The notes beneath the pieces are model-generated. The model saw nothing but the letters and a program-made list of their open reading frames with translations, made no database searches and was not told the DNA's origin. A DNA stretch of 40,887 nt, from positions 1-40,887 of IMG/VR virus record IMGVR_UViG_3300005326_000080. One strand, 5' to 3'. Positions 7,482 to 16,373 of this stretch are shown here, piece after piece; positions within the stretch are counted from its first letter, which is position 1; each line of letters opens with the position of its first letter. Source of the stretch: a virus (taxonomy: Duplodnaviria; Caudoviricetes). The position numbers were made by a program, and so were the translations under genes.

Positions 7482-8279
7482 TTATGCGGCCTTCTCGGAT
7501 GCCTTCGCGTCCGGCTTTTCGATGGCCTTCAATATCTTTTGTGCTGTTGTGATTATCTTGCTGCCGCGAACCTCGACATCGGCGTCTTTCGTCCAGCCGC
7601 CGATATAGTACGCGCTGCCGGTGTTGTCTATGCCGCATGCCGCGGACACTATGAAAGATACGGCTTCTGCTTCGAGTTCTTTTTGTGACCCGGATAGCTG
7701 CTCATCCCCGAAATGGAGTAGAACGTGTGCCCATTCATGAAACAGGGTTGCGACGGCTTGCGGATGCGATTTATCCTCCGTGGCTACAACAATCTCTTTC
7801 CCGTTCGTTTGTCCGGCTGTCATACTAACTGGTTTAATATGGACCGGGACCGGCGAACAGGCCGCCAGCGCGTCGAAGTCTTGCGCGTCTCCGACTACGT
7901 AGGACCGCGCTGCAACCTCTACCGGCTCGCCATCGGTCTGCGATATGTCGAATACCGGTACATAGATAAAATAGATGTGCTGTTTGTCCTCGTTCTCCGG
8001 GTCCTCTTTGTCCTTTGCAATCCGTGGCGCATAGATATAGAGAGCTTTTTCGCCTTTGCGTACTGTGCGGTTATGTTCGTTCTTCCACTTATTGAACCCG
8101 GCAAGGATTGAGATGCCTTCCGGCCGCTGTACTCGTGCCAACATGTAGTTGCGGAGGGAATAGCGATAGAATCCGCCGGACCATGCGCGGCTGAACTCGT
8201 CCAGCTTCTCCGGGTCCCGGACTAAATCGTTAATCAGTCCGTCAAGCTTGTCTTGTAGTTCTTGTCGTTTCGGTGTCAT
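7482..8279 (-). CDS. ArdC-like ssDNA-binding / zinc-metalloprotease antirestriction protein
   Basis: FYRYSLRNYML..Q.P...AGFNKW...RTVRKGEKA...VFDISQTDG N-domain; HEWAH and ELEAEAV zincin motifs; the track's TTG start at 8360 is really the -35 box, so the start is moved to ATG 8279. Confidence 0.85.
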   Translation of the reverse strand: MTPKRQELQDKLDGLINDLVRDPEKLDEFSRAWSGGFYRYSLRNYMLARVQRPEGISILAGFNKWKNEHNRTVRKGEKALYIYAPRIAKDKEDPENEDKQHIYFIYVPVFDISQTDGEPVEVAARSYVVGDAQDFDALAACSPVPVHIKPVSMTAGQTNGKEIVVATEDKSHPQAVATLFHEWAHVLLHFGDEQLSGSQKELEAEAVSFIVSAACGIDNTGSAYYIGGWTKDADVEVRGSKIITTAQKILKAIEKPDAKASEKAA

Positions 8280-8331
8280 CTTGTCCCCTTTCCTTATCTC
8301 GCGCCCCGGCCTATCCGGTGCTCGCAAAGAC

Positions 8332-8360
8332 ATAGTACCTATAGGCATACCAGCTGTCAA
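8332..8360 (-). promoter_or_regulatory. Strong sigma70/sigmaA-type early promoter
   Basis: TTGACA-N17-TACTAT with an AT-rich upstream region. Confidence 0.8.
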
Positions 8361-8477
8361 GCAATATTTACCAAAAACTTTTTAATAATACTTGTTTAAG
8401 CAGTTCAACAGGTGTAAAAAAACTTACCAAACCGCCCGAAAACGGAGCTTTTAGGAGCATTATTGTCTAATGGAGCT

Positions 8478-8518
8478 ATTTCCAGTATTTTCCAGTTAAT
8501 TTCCATAATTTACCAGTA
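8478..8518 (+). repeat. Degenerate 10-11 bp tandem repeat
   Basis: ATTTCCAGTA TTTTCCAGTTA ATTTCCATA ATTTACCAGTA. Confidence 0.5.
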
Positions 8519-8521
8519 GTG

Positions 8522-8539
8522 TGAGTGAGCGTTCACTCA
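8522..8539. promoter_or_regulatory. Palindromic operator-like site
   Basis: TGAGTGA-GCGT-TCACTCA. Confidence 0.5.
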
Positions 8540-8833
8540 GTTATATGAGCGGTGTTTAGTTTTAAGGGTAAGAATCGGGAGGTTGACTGTCTGTGTGCGC
8601 GACATTATTTTCAATCTATAATACACTTGATTCAAACCATTAAACCGGCCTAGAATCATTAAAGACTTGTTACAATCTCCATCCATCCGCGGGCGTAATC
8701 CGGGCATGATTCTGGCCTGTTTTAACCCGATTTTGACCGCGTTTTACCAATACTGCCTATTTTCGGCCTGTTTTACGTCTATTTTGTCTTGTTTTATGTT
8801 GTATCACTACCATATTACCTGTTCAGCATACTC

Positions 8834-8955
8834 TGGTATGTCAATGGTACTACCATGGTATGTCAATGGTATGTCAATGGTATGTCCTAAAGGAACTTAA
8901 GAGAAGTTAAAAGAAAGGAAGTTAAGGTAAAGGATGTCATACCAAAGGCATACCA
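8834..8955 (+). repeat. Iteron-like array: five 11-bp repeats, purine-rich tract, two inverted copies (putative origin)
   Basis: TGGTATGTCAA x3, TGGTACTACCA and TGGTATGTCCT (8834-8888); A/G tract 8889-8934; TGTCATACCA 8935-8944; AGGCATACCA 8946-8955. Confidence 0.75.
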
Positions 8956-9209
8956 ACACCGCCTAAACCGCCTATCTGAAAGATTGTTACAATCCTTACC
9001 CCTCCCCCTAGTATCGAATATATATGTTCTAAGGGTATAGTATGCCTAGGGATAAGCGTCGTGGGGATACGTCCGGACAAATTCGCGTGGGGACTTATAC
9101 TTAGCTCCCACCCCGACCCTACCCCAAAATAAAAAATCGAGCATTTTTCAGACACCTATAATACAAAACTCTTTTCATATACTGTATTTAATTATTCTAT
9201 GTTCCGCTA

Positions 9210-9239
9210 TTGACATGTTCTAATCCGATAGCATATCCT
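9210..9239 (+). promoter_or_regulatory. Putative promoter of the packaging/structural arm
   Basis: TTGACA-N18-TATCCT upstream of the terminase genes. Confidence 0.55.
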
Positions 9240-9292
9240 TTACCCGTCAGGATTTTCCATATTTTCCCAGCTTCTTTCCGGAAGGGGATTCG

Positions 9293-10027
9293 TTGCCGAG
9301 AAAAGCTAAGATATGCAAAAAGTGTGGGCGTTACGCAAAAAAGGGGTCAGACTACTGCTTTGCTCACACCAGCAACGGCGGACGAAAGCCAACCACGTAC
9401 TCCAAAGCGATTAAGAAACGTAACATATTCGACCTCATAGATGAAGCCAAGAAATCACAGAATCGAGCTAAACTCTTCGATATGACCGAAGATATCGCTG
9501 CCATCCAGGGTATCCTTGACGCACATAAGGATAACGTCCTGTCCTCCTACGGGAACGTGGAGATGGCAAGGAAACGCAGAGATGAGAGCCGGGACGAGAA
9601 GAGCGACGCTTACAAGGTCATGAAGTTCAGGCCGGACATGGACGATGACGAAGCCCTGCAACATCTCATATCCGTCACTAACGCCTATGCCACGAATGCT
9701 ATCGAACGGCTGGTTGAGAAGAAAGCCGCGATGATTGAACGATTCTACAAGACAGAGCGCAATAAAGCCGAGACTTATACGATTCAACAGATGGGCGTCC
9801 TGGTCAGCTACGTATCTGCTGTCATAAAACACGAAGTCTTAGATGCTGCGCTGAGGGATAAGATAGGAGCGCGGCTTGAGATGGTCCCGTTCGATAACAT
9901 CCTGAAAGGCGACATAGTGGACGCCCAGGGTTTCATAGATGCCAAGGTCATAGAAGAAGCCCAGGCGTCTCCCATTGACGTAGATTCGATAGAGGCAGAA
10001 GAGAGAGCACTTGGTGAGGTCGTCTGA
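9293..10027 (+). CDS. Putative terminase small subunit
   Basis: Immediately upstream of terL; N-terminal CKKC...YCFAH zinc-finger-like motif, then helical region; SD AAGGGG. Confidence 0.6.
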   Translation: MPRKAKICKKCGRYAKKGSDYCFAHTSNGGRKPTTYSKAIKKRNIFDLIDEAKKSQNRAKLFDMTEDIAAIQGILDAHKDNVLSSYGNVEMARKRRDESRDEKSDAYKVMKFRPDMDDDEALQHLISVTNAYATNAIERLVEKKAAMIERFYKTERNKAETYTIQQMGVLVSYVSAVIKHEVLDAALRDKIGARLEMVPFDNILKGDIVDAQGFIDAKVIEEAQASPIDVDSIEAEERALGEVV

Positions 10028-11439
10028 TGGCCCGCTATGACCCATTACTGGAGATTGCAAAGGCCGTTCGCAAGAACGTCCTAGACGATATCTGTATCTT
10101 GAACGCCGATGGAGCTTACATCCGTTTCAAAGACACAGCAACACCCAACCAGATGAAAGCGTTGACTACGAAAAAACGTCATGTCGCTATGACTGGAGGT
10201 ATCCAGGGCGGGAAGACCACTTGCGGTTGCGTGTTCTTGTCAGCAGAGATAGAAAAATACCCTCGCGACGACTTTATGGTTGTCGCTCCTACCGTGAAAA
10301 GGATGGACCAATCGACCAAAAAACGCTTCGACGAGGTATTCAAGCCGCAAAAAATAGGATATCACAAACGCAACGAATCGCTTTTCAAACTCCATTCAGG
10401 CGGGAACGTCTATTTCCGTACCGTCGAAGAAGATGCGGATGCCGTAGAGGGTTCGACCTTGAGGGCCGTCCTCGTAGACGAGCCAGGAGATATGGTCGAG
10501 AAGGTCTGGACCAACCTAAGAGGCCGGACTGATGCCAAAAGAGGGCGGATATTCTTCGCCTCGGCCCAATATGACGCCAACTGGTTCATGCGGTTGTGTT
10601 TCCCGGAGCAGTTCGGATTGGAGCCGAGACCAGATATCGAGATAATCCGTGCGGATTCTGTCGATAACCCGTCTTTCCCACGGGAAAGCTGGGAAGAGGC
10701 GGCGCGGGATTTGACTCCGGAGGACTTTAATCGGCGTTACCGTGGAATCATGAACCGCTACGAGGGACTTGTTTACGAACTCAGTCCTGACCATCTAGTT
10801 AGTTCTAGTATCCTACCGGATAGGCCGGAGGATATCTTGTCCCATTTCACTCAGATAATCCTCGGAGTCGATTGGGGTTACAAACATCCCGCCGCTGTCC
10901 TTGTGTGCGGCGTCACGCCGGACTTGGAGTTGTGGGTATTGGACGAGTTCTACCAGTCAGAGGTCCAGCCACAAGATATGATTAACCAGGTCAACTACAT
11001 GGCAGGAGTATGGAAAGCGCAGGTCAAATACTGTTGTCATTCAAGACCGGAGATGACAGCAGCGGTCAACGGAGTCCCCAATGCGTTCCTCGATGTGGTC
11101 GAGGGGGTCACAAAGGTCCGGACAAGACTGCACCAGAAGAGGATAAAGATAGTCCAGGAGAAATGTCCTAACCTGATAAACGAGTTCAAGGCGTACCACT
11201 ACAAGAAGAGCGTTGACTCCTACACTCAGGAGCTACCGGAAGACAAATTGAATGATGCGCTCGATGCTCTAAGGTACGTCATCATGAACCATTACATACC
11301 GGACGAGAGGCCGAAGCCAGCGGAAGCCCCGCTGCCCTTTGGATTTGCTCCCAGGATGAGAGAGTTGGATGAAGAAGACGAATTCATGGAAGCCATGATG
11401 ACCGATGGAGTTATGGAGATGGGGGGACTTGGATTATGA
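10027..11439 (+). CDS. terL: Terminase large subunit
   Basis: Walker A GGIQGGKT, Walker B VLVDE, nuclease GVDWG and DALDALRY. Confidence 0.93.
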   Translation: MARYDPLLEIAKAVRKNVLDDICILNADGAYIRFKDTATPNQMKALTTKKRHVAMTGGIQGGKTTCGCVFLSAEIEKYPRDDFMVVAPTVKRMDQSTKKRFDEVFKPQKIGYHKRNESLFKLHSGGNVYFRTVEEDADAVEGSTLRAVLVDEPGDMVEKVWTNLRGRTDAKRGRIFFASAQYDANWFMRLCFPEQFGLEPRPDIEIIRADSVDNPSFPRESWEEAARDLTPEDFNRRYRGIMNRYEGLVYELSPDHLVSSSILPDRPEDILSHFTQIILGVDWGYKHPAAVLVCGVTPDLELWVLDEFYQSEVQPQDMINQVNYMAGVWKAQVKYCCHSRPEMTAAVNGVPNAFLDVVEGVTKVRTRLHQKRIKIVQEKCPNLINEFKAYHYKKSVDSYTQELPEDKLNDALDALRYVIMNHYIPDERPKPAEAPLPFGFAPRMRELDEEDEFMEAMMTDGVMEMGGLGL

Positions 11440-11840
11440 TTTATGTTTTGTTCGGGCTGACAACGATTGTAGTATATTCTATTGTTATAGCATCTCTAAC
11501 CTGCTTGATATTCGCAATTAACATGACATCAAGCATCATAAAAGACATTAACAAGATAAAGAGCGATGAAAGACTAGCAACGGGTAGCTATGTTTTAAGG
11601 GCCAGCGGTGTGTTCGCTTCTGCGATAGAGACATTCTCTGTCGTCGCCGAGAAAAAAGTGTCTCTTGAGAGAGAGAAATGGGAAGTCGAGCGGACTGCTA
11701 TAGAGCGTCTGACGAACACTAAACCGGAGCCACCGGATGATACGCAAGAAGTGACGAGTGGCGCGGAACTTGATGATTTTATGTCGGCGGTAATAAAGGA
11801 ACACCCCGAACAAGCACGGGTAGAAGGAGCTGAACAGTAA
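11436..11840 (+). CDS. Hypothetical membrane protein
   Basis: N-terminal hydrophobic helix; ATGA coupling to terL. Confidence 0.65.
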   Translation: MIYVLFGLTTIVVYSIVIASLTCLIFAINMTSSIIKDINKIKSDERLATGSYVLRASGVFASAIETFSVVAEKKVSLEREKWEVERTAIERLTNTKPEPPDDTQEVTSGAELDDFMSAVIKEHPEQARVEGAEQ

Positions 11841-11841
11841 A

Positions 11842-13722
11842 GTGGCGAACACACTAGACTTTTCCAAGATAGACCGCGATGCATATGCCGAGCGGTTAAT
11901 CAAAATCAAAGACGAGTTCGCTGAATCAAGGAAGAAACGCGAGCGTCAATGGTATATAAACGAGAACTTTGACCGGGGATTCCACTTTGTCTGGTGGAAA
12001 GCGAGCACCCGGACGATAGATACGGTATCACCCCCGAAAGGGTTAGCTCTTCGATGTGTCCCAAAGACGAGTCGGCAAGGAGAAGCTATCATATCCCAGA
12101 TATGCGGTGCTCCAATGACTGTAACGGTGCAACCATTGGGGGAAAGCGATGAATCAATCGACGATGCCAAGAATATCACCAACTGGTTGAGACAGAAAGA
12201 GGTAGACCTTAACCTCCAGACAGACATATTTCCGGAAGTAGCGCACGGCGCGTTCAAGACCGGATTCGGTCTTGCGGAAGTAGGGTTCGACCCTGACATA
12301 AACGATATCTACGTTCAAGAATGGGATTCATTTGATACATACCTTCCCCTTAACATAAAGCGTTTACCACAGACCCCCGTGCTTGTTAAGGCTGTGTTCA
12401 AGCGTCTTGATGAGATTCGCGATAATCCGAACTATTCCGACACGGAAGACCTAAAGGCCGAGCCGGTCTGGAGCGGAAGTGAGATGAAGGAAAGCTTGAC
12501 GAACGAACGTCTTGGCAACGCGCCGTCATCTGAGGGGTTCGAGGGAGCCATAGTCTACGAGTTCCAGATACTCGTCAAACGTGACAAGGGAAAGCTGGAA
12601 GAAGGACGGTCCCCGATAGGAGTCATGATTGTCTCGGTATGTGGCAAAAAGGTCATAGGGGTTGCAGAGCCGGAAGAGACCGAGCTTGAATCCTTGCCGT
12701 GGGCGTTGCTTAAGTTTAAACCAGGCACACTCGATGCGACCTCGTGGATTGAACGGTTCATCTCTACCAACAAGAGTTTCGACATTCTTGTTTCAAACAT
12801 AGAGAACTTCGCGCAACTGTTCTGGAAAGGCCGTATCTGGAAGCAGAAAGGTACAACCATAACCCCGAAACTGTCGTCCCTCATGGGTGCTATCTACGAA
12901 TACGAGGGCATGGCTCCACCGAAGACAGAGGACCTCCCCACTCTACCGGCGGCATTGTTCACCCATATAGCTAACCAAGAAAGATGGATGGAAGAGCAGG
13001 GGCTTAGTTCGATATTCTCAGGCCGTGTCCCCAGAGGGGTCCGTGCCGCGAAGATGATGGAGAGCATGAAGCAGGCCGACATGTCTAACTTAGGAGTCCC
13101 GCTTCTTTACTACCAGGCTTTCTTGACCGAGCTTTACGAGAAGATGATTGAATGCGCTGCTGCCAACTATGACGAGGTTAAGACGTTCGTAGGTCCTAGC
13201 GGGAACACAGAGAGCGAAGAGAACGGGACCTTTAAAGTCATAGGGGAAGATGTCGCAAAGTACGCAGCGGAAGGTGAGCTTGACGACGTGACGGTAATCA
13301 AACGCTCGTACAAGGTGAAGATAGAACTTCAACCTCAGATGGGCTTCACCCAAGAGGGACGTTTGGAGACAATCAAAGAGATGATGCCGGTCTTGACCCA
13401 AGCACCGGAGCCGATACAAAGGCTTGTCTTAAAGGAACTCGGAGTTTCGAACATAAGCGAGTTCATCAGCGGTCTCAAGATGGGGAACAAGACAAGCATA
13501 CTCGACACGCCGGAGTTCAACCTCATCCTTAAGTCTCAACCTACGCTGGCAAAGACGATACTGGCGTTCTTGCAGACACCGGAAGCACAAGGGCAGAACC
13601 CATTATCATTTATCGATGGCAACGCACAAAGTTTGAAAGCTGGTGCAGTAGGGCGCGAGGGGTCGCCAGAGATGCCTCAAGGTGAAGCCGCACCCCCACA
13701 ACCGATAGAAGGGAGTCTGTAA
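11842..13722 (+). CDS. Portal protein (P22-like size and position)
   Basis: 626 aa between terL and scaffold/capsid; Pro/Gln-rich C-terminal tail. Confidence 0.8.
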   Translation: MANTLDFSKIDRDAYAERLIKIKDEFAESRKKRERQWYINENFDRGFHFVWWKASTRTIDTVSPPKGLALRCVPKTSRQGEAIISQICGAPMTVTVQPLGESDESIDDAKNITNWLRQKEVDLNLQTDIFPEVAHGAFKTGFGLAEVGFDPDINDIYVQEWDSFDTYLPLNIKRLPQTPVLVKAVFKRLDEIRDNPNYSDTEDLKAEPVWSGSEMKESLTNERLGNAPSSEGFEGAIVYEFQILVKRDKGKLEEGRSPIGVMIVSVCGKKVIGVAEPEETELESLPWALLKFKPGTLDATSWIERFISTNKSFDILVSNIENFAQLFWKGRIWKQKGTTITPKLSSLMGAIYEYEGMAPPKTEDLPTLPAALFTHIANQERWMEEQGLSSIFSGRVPRGVRAAKMMESMKQADMSNLGVPLLYYQAFLTELYEKMIECAAANYDEVKTFVGPSGNTESEENGTFKVIGEDVAKYAAEGELDDVTVIKRSYKVKIELQPQMGFTQEGRLETIKEMMPVLTQAPEPIQRLVLKELGVSNISEFISGLKMGNKTSILDTPEFNLILKSQPTLAKTILAFLQTPEAQGQNPLSFIDGNAQSLKAGAVGREGSPEMPQGEAAPPQPIEGSL

Positions 13723-13919
13723 TGCCGAAGACAAAAATCGGGGAAAGTGTTCTTGATTCGATGACCAAGCAATACGGTTCGAAGAAAGGCAAAAAGGTAT
13801 TTTATGCCAGCATCAATAAGAAGAAAAAGGGCATGGATAAGATGCATATGATGAAACAAATGAAGAAAAAACAGATGAACGTGGTCGACTCAGTAATGGA
13901 GATGCGGAAAGGGAGGTGA
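13722..13919 (+). CDS. Small basic phage protein
   Basis: MPKTKIG...QYGSKKGKKVFYAS; TAATG coupling to the portal gene. Confidence 0.7.
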   Translation: MPKTKIGESVLDSMTKQYGSKKGKKVFYASINKKKKGMDKMHMMKQMKKKQMNVVDSVMEMRKGR

Positions 13920-13978
13920 CAATAATTCGCACTTGTAATATCTTATCAGTAGGATAATCTAAAAGGAGAAGTACAAAA

Positions 13979-14731
13979 ATGGATGGGATAACAGAGACCG
14001 GGATAACCGAAGAGGCCGGAGGCTCTGGAACAGAAGTCAATGAAATCACCGATGACTTAGCGTTCAGCGCGGGTAACACAGACTATGATTTATCTACACC
14101 GGAAGGTCGCGAGGCAGTAAAGCGCGACATGAATGCACAGGTCAAAGGTTTGAGTAAGCAAGGCCAGGAAATAGGATTCTTAAAAGCGCAGGTGACAGAT
14201 TTGCAGGCACAGGTCAAGGGCGGCCAAGAAGTCAGAGAAGAGATGGAGCACACAGGTGGCTTTTCTGAGGATGATATCCAAAAAGAGATTCGCGAGCGCG
14301 GCTTCGTCACAAAGGATGAAGCCGAGAAGCGGGCTGCCGAGATAGCATCTGACATGATTAAGTCCACAAAGGCCGTTGATGCCCTGAACGATGTGCTGGA
14401 CGAATGTAAGGCTGATACGCAGGGCCATCCTGGTTTTGACGATAAAGCTGTCCTCGCAAGGCTAAAAGAGATGGGGATAGAACATTACGAACAGCTCGGA
14501 ACGACCAAAACGGTCGTTAAAAGACGAGTGGAATTGGCCTACAAAGACCTTATGGAAGAAGCCGGAACAAGGAAGTCTAAGGAAGAAGAGACTAGACCGC
14601 GTAGCCGAGTCTTTCAAGAGCGTCCAAGCGTAGGCACAAGCAGGCTTAAGCCACCACCGGTTAAACGCCCAGGACTCGATGATGATGGATTTTCGAGTTT
14701 CCTTGCGGAACAGTTACCGGAGAGGGATTAG
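13979..14731 (+). CDS. Putative capsid scaffolding protein
   Basis: Acidic, coiled-coil; directly upstream of the major capsid gene. Confidence 0.7.
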   Translation: MDGITETGITEEAGGSGTEVNEITDDLAFSAGNTDYDLSTPEGREAVKRDMNAQVKGLSKQGQEIGFLKAQVTDLQAQVKGGQEVREEMEHTGGFSEDDIQKEIRERGFVTKDEAEKRAAEIASDMIKSTKAVDALNDVLDECKADTQGHPGFDDKAVLARLKEMGIEHYEQLGTTKTVVKRRVELAYKDLMEEAGTRKSKEEETRPRSRVFQERPSVGTSRLKPPPVKRPGLDDDGFSSFLAEQLPERD

Positions 14732-14777
14732 CTTTAAGTCGGCGAAAAATCTGTGATATGAAAGGAGGTGGAAAACA

Positions 14778-15995
14778 ATGACATATCAGATTTCAGACTT
14801 ATCTAACCTGTTTGAAAAGAATATCGCTCCAGAGATTCAGGAGGCTACCTTTCTTGAAAAAGAGTGGTACAACACCCTCCAGAAGAATAGCGGTATTATC
14901 AAATTGGCGAACAACTCCTGGTACATGACGGTCAGAACGTCTCGCATCCCGACAGCCAACACGTCTGATGGCGGGCAGCTGTTGAGCGGCAAGTCGTACT
15001 ACGAGCAGATGTTGGTCCAGTCGAAGTACGCTTACGGTACGGTTGATATTACTCATCCGGCAATCATGAGTGCACTAGGCGATAAAGGCTCCCTCATCAA
15101 CCTGGTCACACAGACCGGAAAAGACTTGAAGAACGACATGCAGCGAGACCTGCAAAGACAGTTCATGGGGGATGGAAGCGGAATCGTCGCTACGGCTGAC
15201 GGCTCCGGTAGTTCATCCACCAGCCTGACAGTCCAGGGTGTTGAAGTCGTGAATGGTGACATAGACGGAGACTTCTATATCGACAAGGGAATGAATATCA
15301 AAATCGGTAGCGGAGCGTCTGTCGCCGTTAGCGCAGTCAATGGTAATGTCGTGACCCTTGCTGCTGCAAGGAGCTGGAGTGACAATGATTCGGTGTACAA
15401 GTGCGATTATTCCGGCACGACTGTCGATGATGCTATGGGACTTAAGGGTGGCATCGGAGACGGTGTATATGCTGGTTCCGCGTCGTTCCAGAACTTGACC
15501 CGTTCGTCAAACGCATGGCTCCAGTCATACGTTCGTAACGGTAATTCAGGTTCTAACGAGACGCTGGCAGTCGCCAATATGTACAACACGTATCATCGTG
15601 GGTTGAAATACGCCAAGCAGAGTGGCCCGCTAGAACTCGTGCTCTTTAACATGAGCCTTGAGGAAAAGTACGGTGCTTTGCAGGAATCGAAGGTACAGGC
15701 TACCCAGAAGGAGAACCTTATGGCCGGTTGGCCGGGGCTTGAGTTTATGGGTGGGAAGGCCGAGTGCCATCTCGATTTCGACTGTCCTGATGGGCGGGTG
15801 TATTTCGTTACTCCTAAGTCGATGACCATAGCGGAACAAGCTCCTATGGCCTTCTTAGATAGCGGTGGTCCCGGCGGAATCATGATTAGGCGTCCTGACT
15901 ATCCGAGCTACCAGATGGTGCTCTATTGGTACGGTAACCTATTCTTCAAGAATCCGAGGGCTAACGCCGTTATGATTAAGCAGACCAAGGCTTAA
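14778..15995 (+). CDS. Major capsid protein
   Basis: 405 aa; strongest SD in the genome (AAAGGAGGTG); DLQRQFMGDGSG and C-terminal YWYGNL..KNPRANA typical of HK97-fold capsids. Confidence 0.85.
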   Translation: MTYQISDLSNLFEKNIAPEIQEATFLEKEWYNTLQKNSGIIKLANNSWYMTVRTSRIPTANTSDGGQLLSGKSYYEQMLVQSKYAYGTVDITHPAIMSALGDKGSLINLVTQTGKDLKNDMQRDLQRQFMGDGSGIVATADGSGSSSTSLTVQGVEVVNGDIDGDFYIDKGMNIKIGSGASVAVSAVNGNVVTLAAARSWSDNDSVYKCDYSGTTVDDAMGLKGGIGDGVYAGSASFQNLTRSSNAWLQSYVRNGNSGSNETLAVANMYNTYHRGLKYAKQSGPLELVLFNMSLEEKYGALQESKVQATQKENLMAGWPGLEFMGGKAECHLDFDCPDGRVYFVTPKSMTIAEQAPMAFLDSGGPGGIMIRRPDYPSYQMVLYWYGNLFFKNPRANAVMIKQTKA

Positions 15996-15996
15996 G

Positions 15997-16049
15997 TTCG
16001 CGGTGCGGTCGGCGCGAGCCGGAGAGGGAGCGTCCCCCTCCCTCTCCGG
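15997..16049 (+). other. Twin hairpins after the capsid gene
   Basis: GTTCGCG..CGCGAGC followed by CCGGAGAGGGAG-N7-CTCCCTCTCCGG; no poly-T. Confidence 0.55.
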
Positions 16050-16073
16050 CGGATAATCATAAGGAGACGAGTT

Positions 16074-16373
16074 TTGAGACCATCACAGAAAAAGATGAAA
16101 GAACTTAAGAAAGAGGGAGATATCCTTAATCGCAAGCGCGAAAAGGGATTGATACCAGTAGAACAAGACCCTGCGATAATCAAGGATTTCAATAAACGTC
16201 AATGGGATGCGTTCGTAGAGAGCGAGCGTGACCGCAAACAATTCGAGAAAGAGAACTTTGATAGTCGTATCACGGACGTTGCCACAGATGTGATTAATTC
16301 GACGTTCAATCATCCTACAAGCTTTGTGATATCAATGAGCGAAGAGAGGCACAAGGAGATTTTCGGTAAATGA
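16074..16373 (+). CDS. Hypothetical protein
   Basis: SD AAGGAG with TTG start; coupled to the glycosyltransferase. Confidence 0.65.
   Translation: MRPSQKKMKELKKEGDILNRKREKGLIPVEQDPAIIKDFNKRQWDAFVESERDRKQFEKENFDSRITDVATDVINSTFNHPTSFVISMSEERHKEIFGK

Noticed and set aside
8280-8360. N-terminal extension of the ArdC-like ORF from TTG 8360
   Set aside because: That TTG is the -35 hexamer of a consensus promoter; an SD-ATG lies at 8279
8585-8615. dif/Xer-like integration site
   Set aside because: Only a loose resemblance to one arm (TTATTTTCAA); no convincing XerC arm
8667-9440. ORFs 8667-8900, 8937-9155 and 9210-9440
   Set aside because: No SD, atypical composition, and they overlap repeats, promoter elements or the terminase small subunit gene
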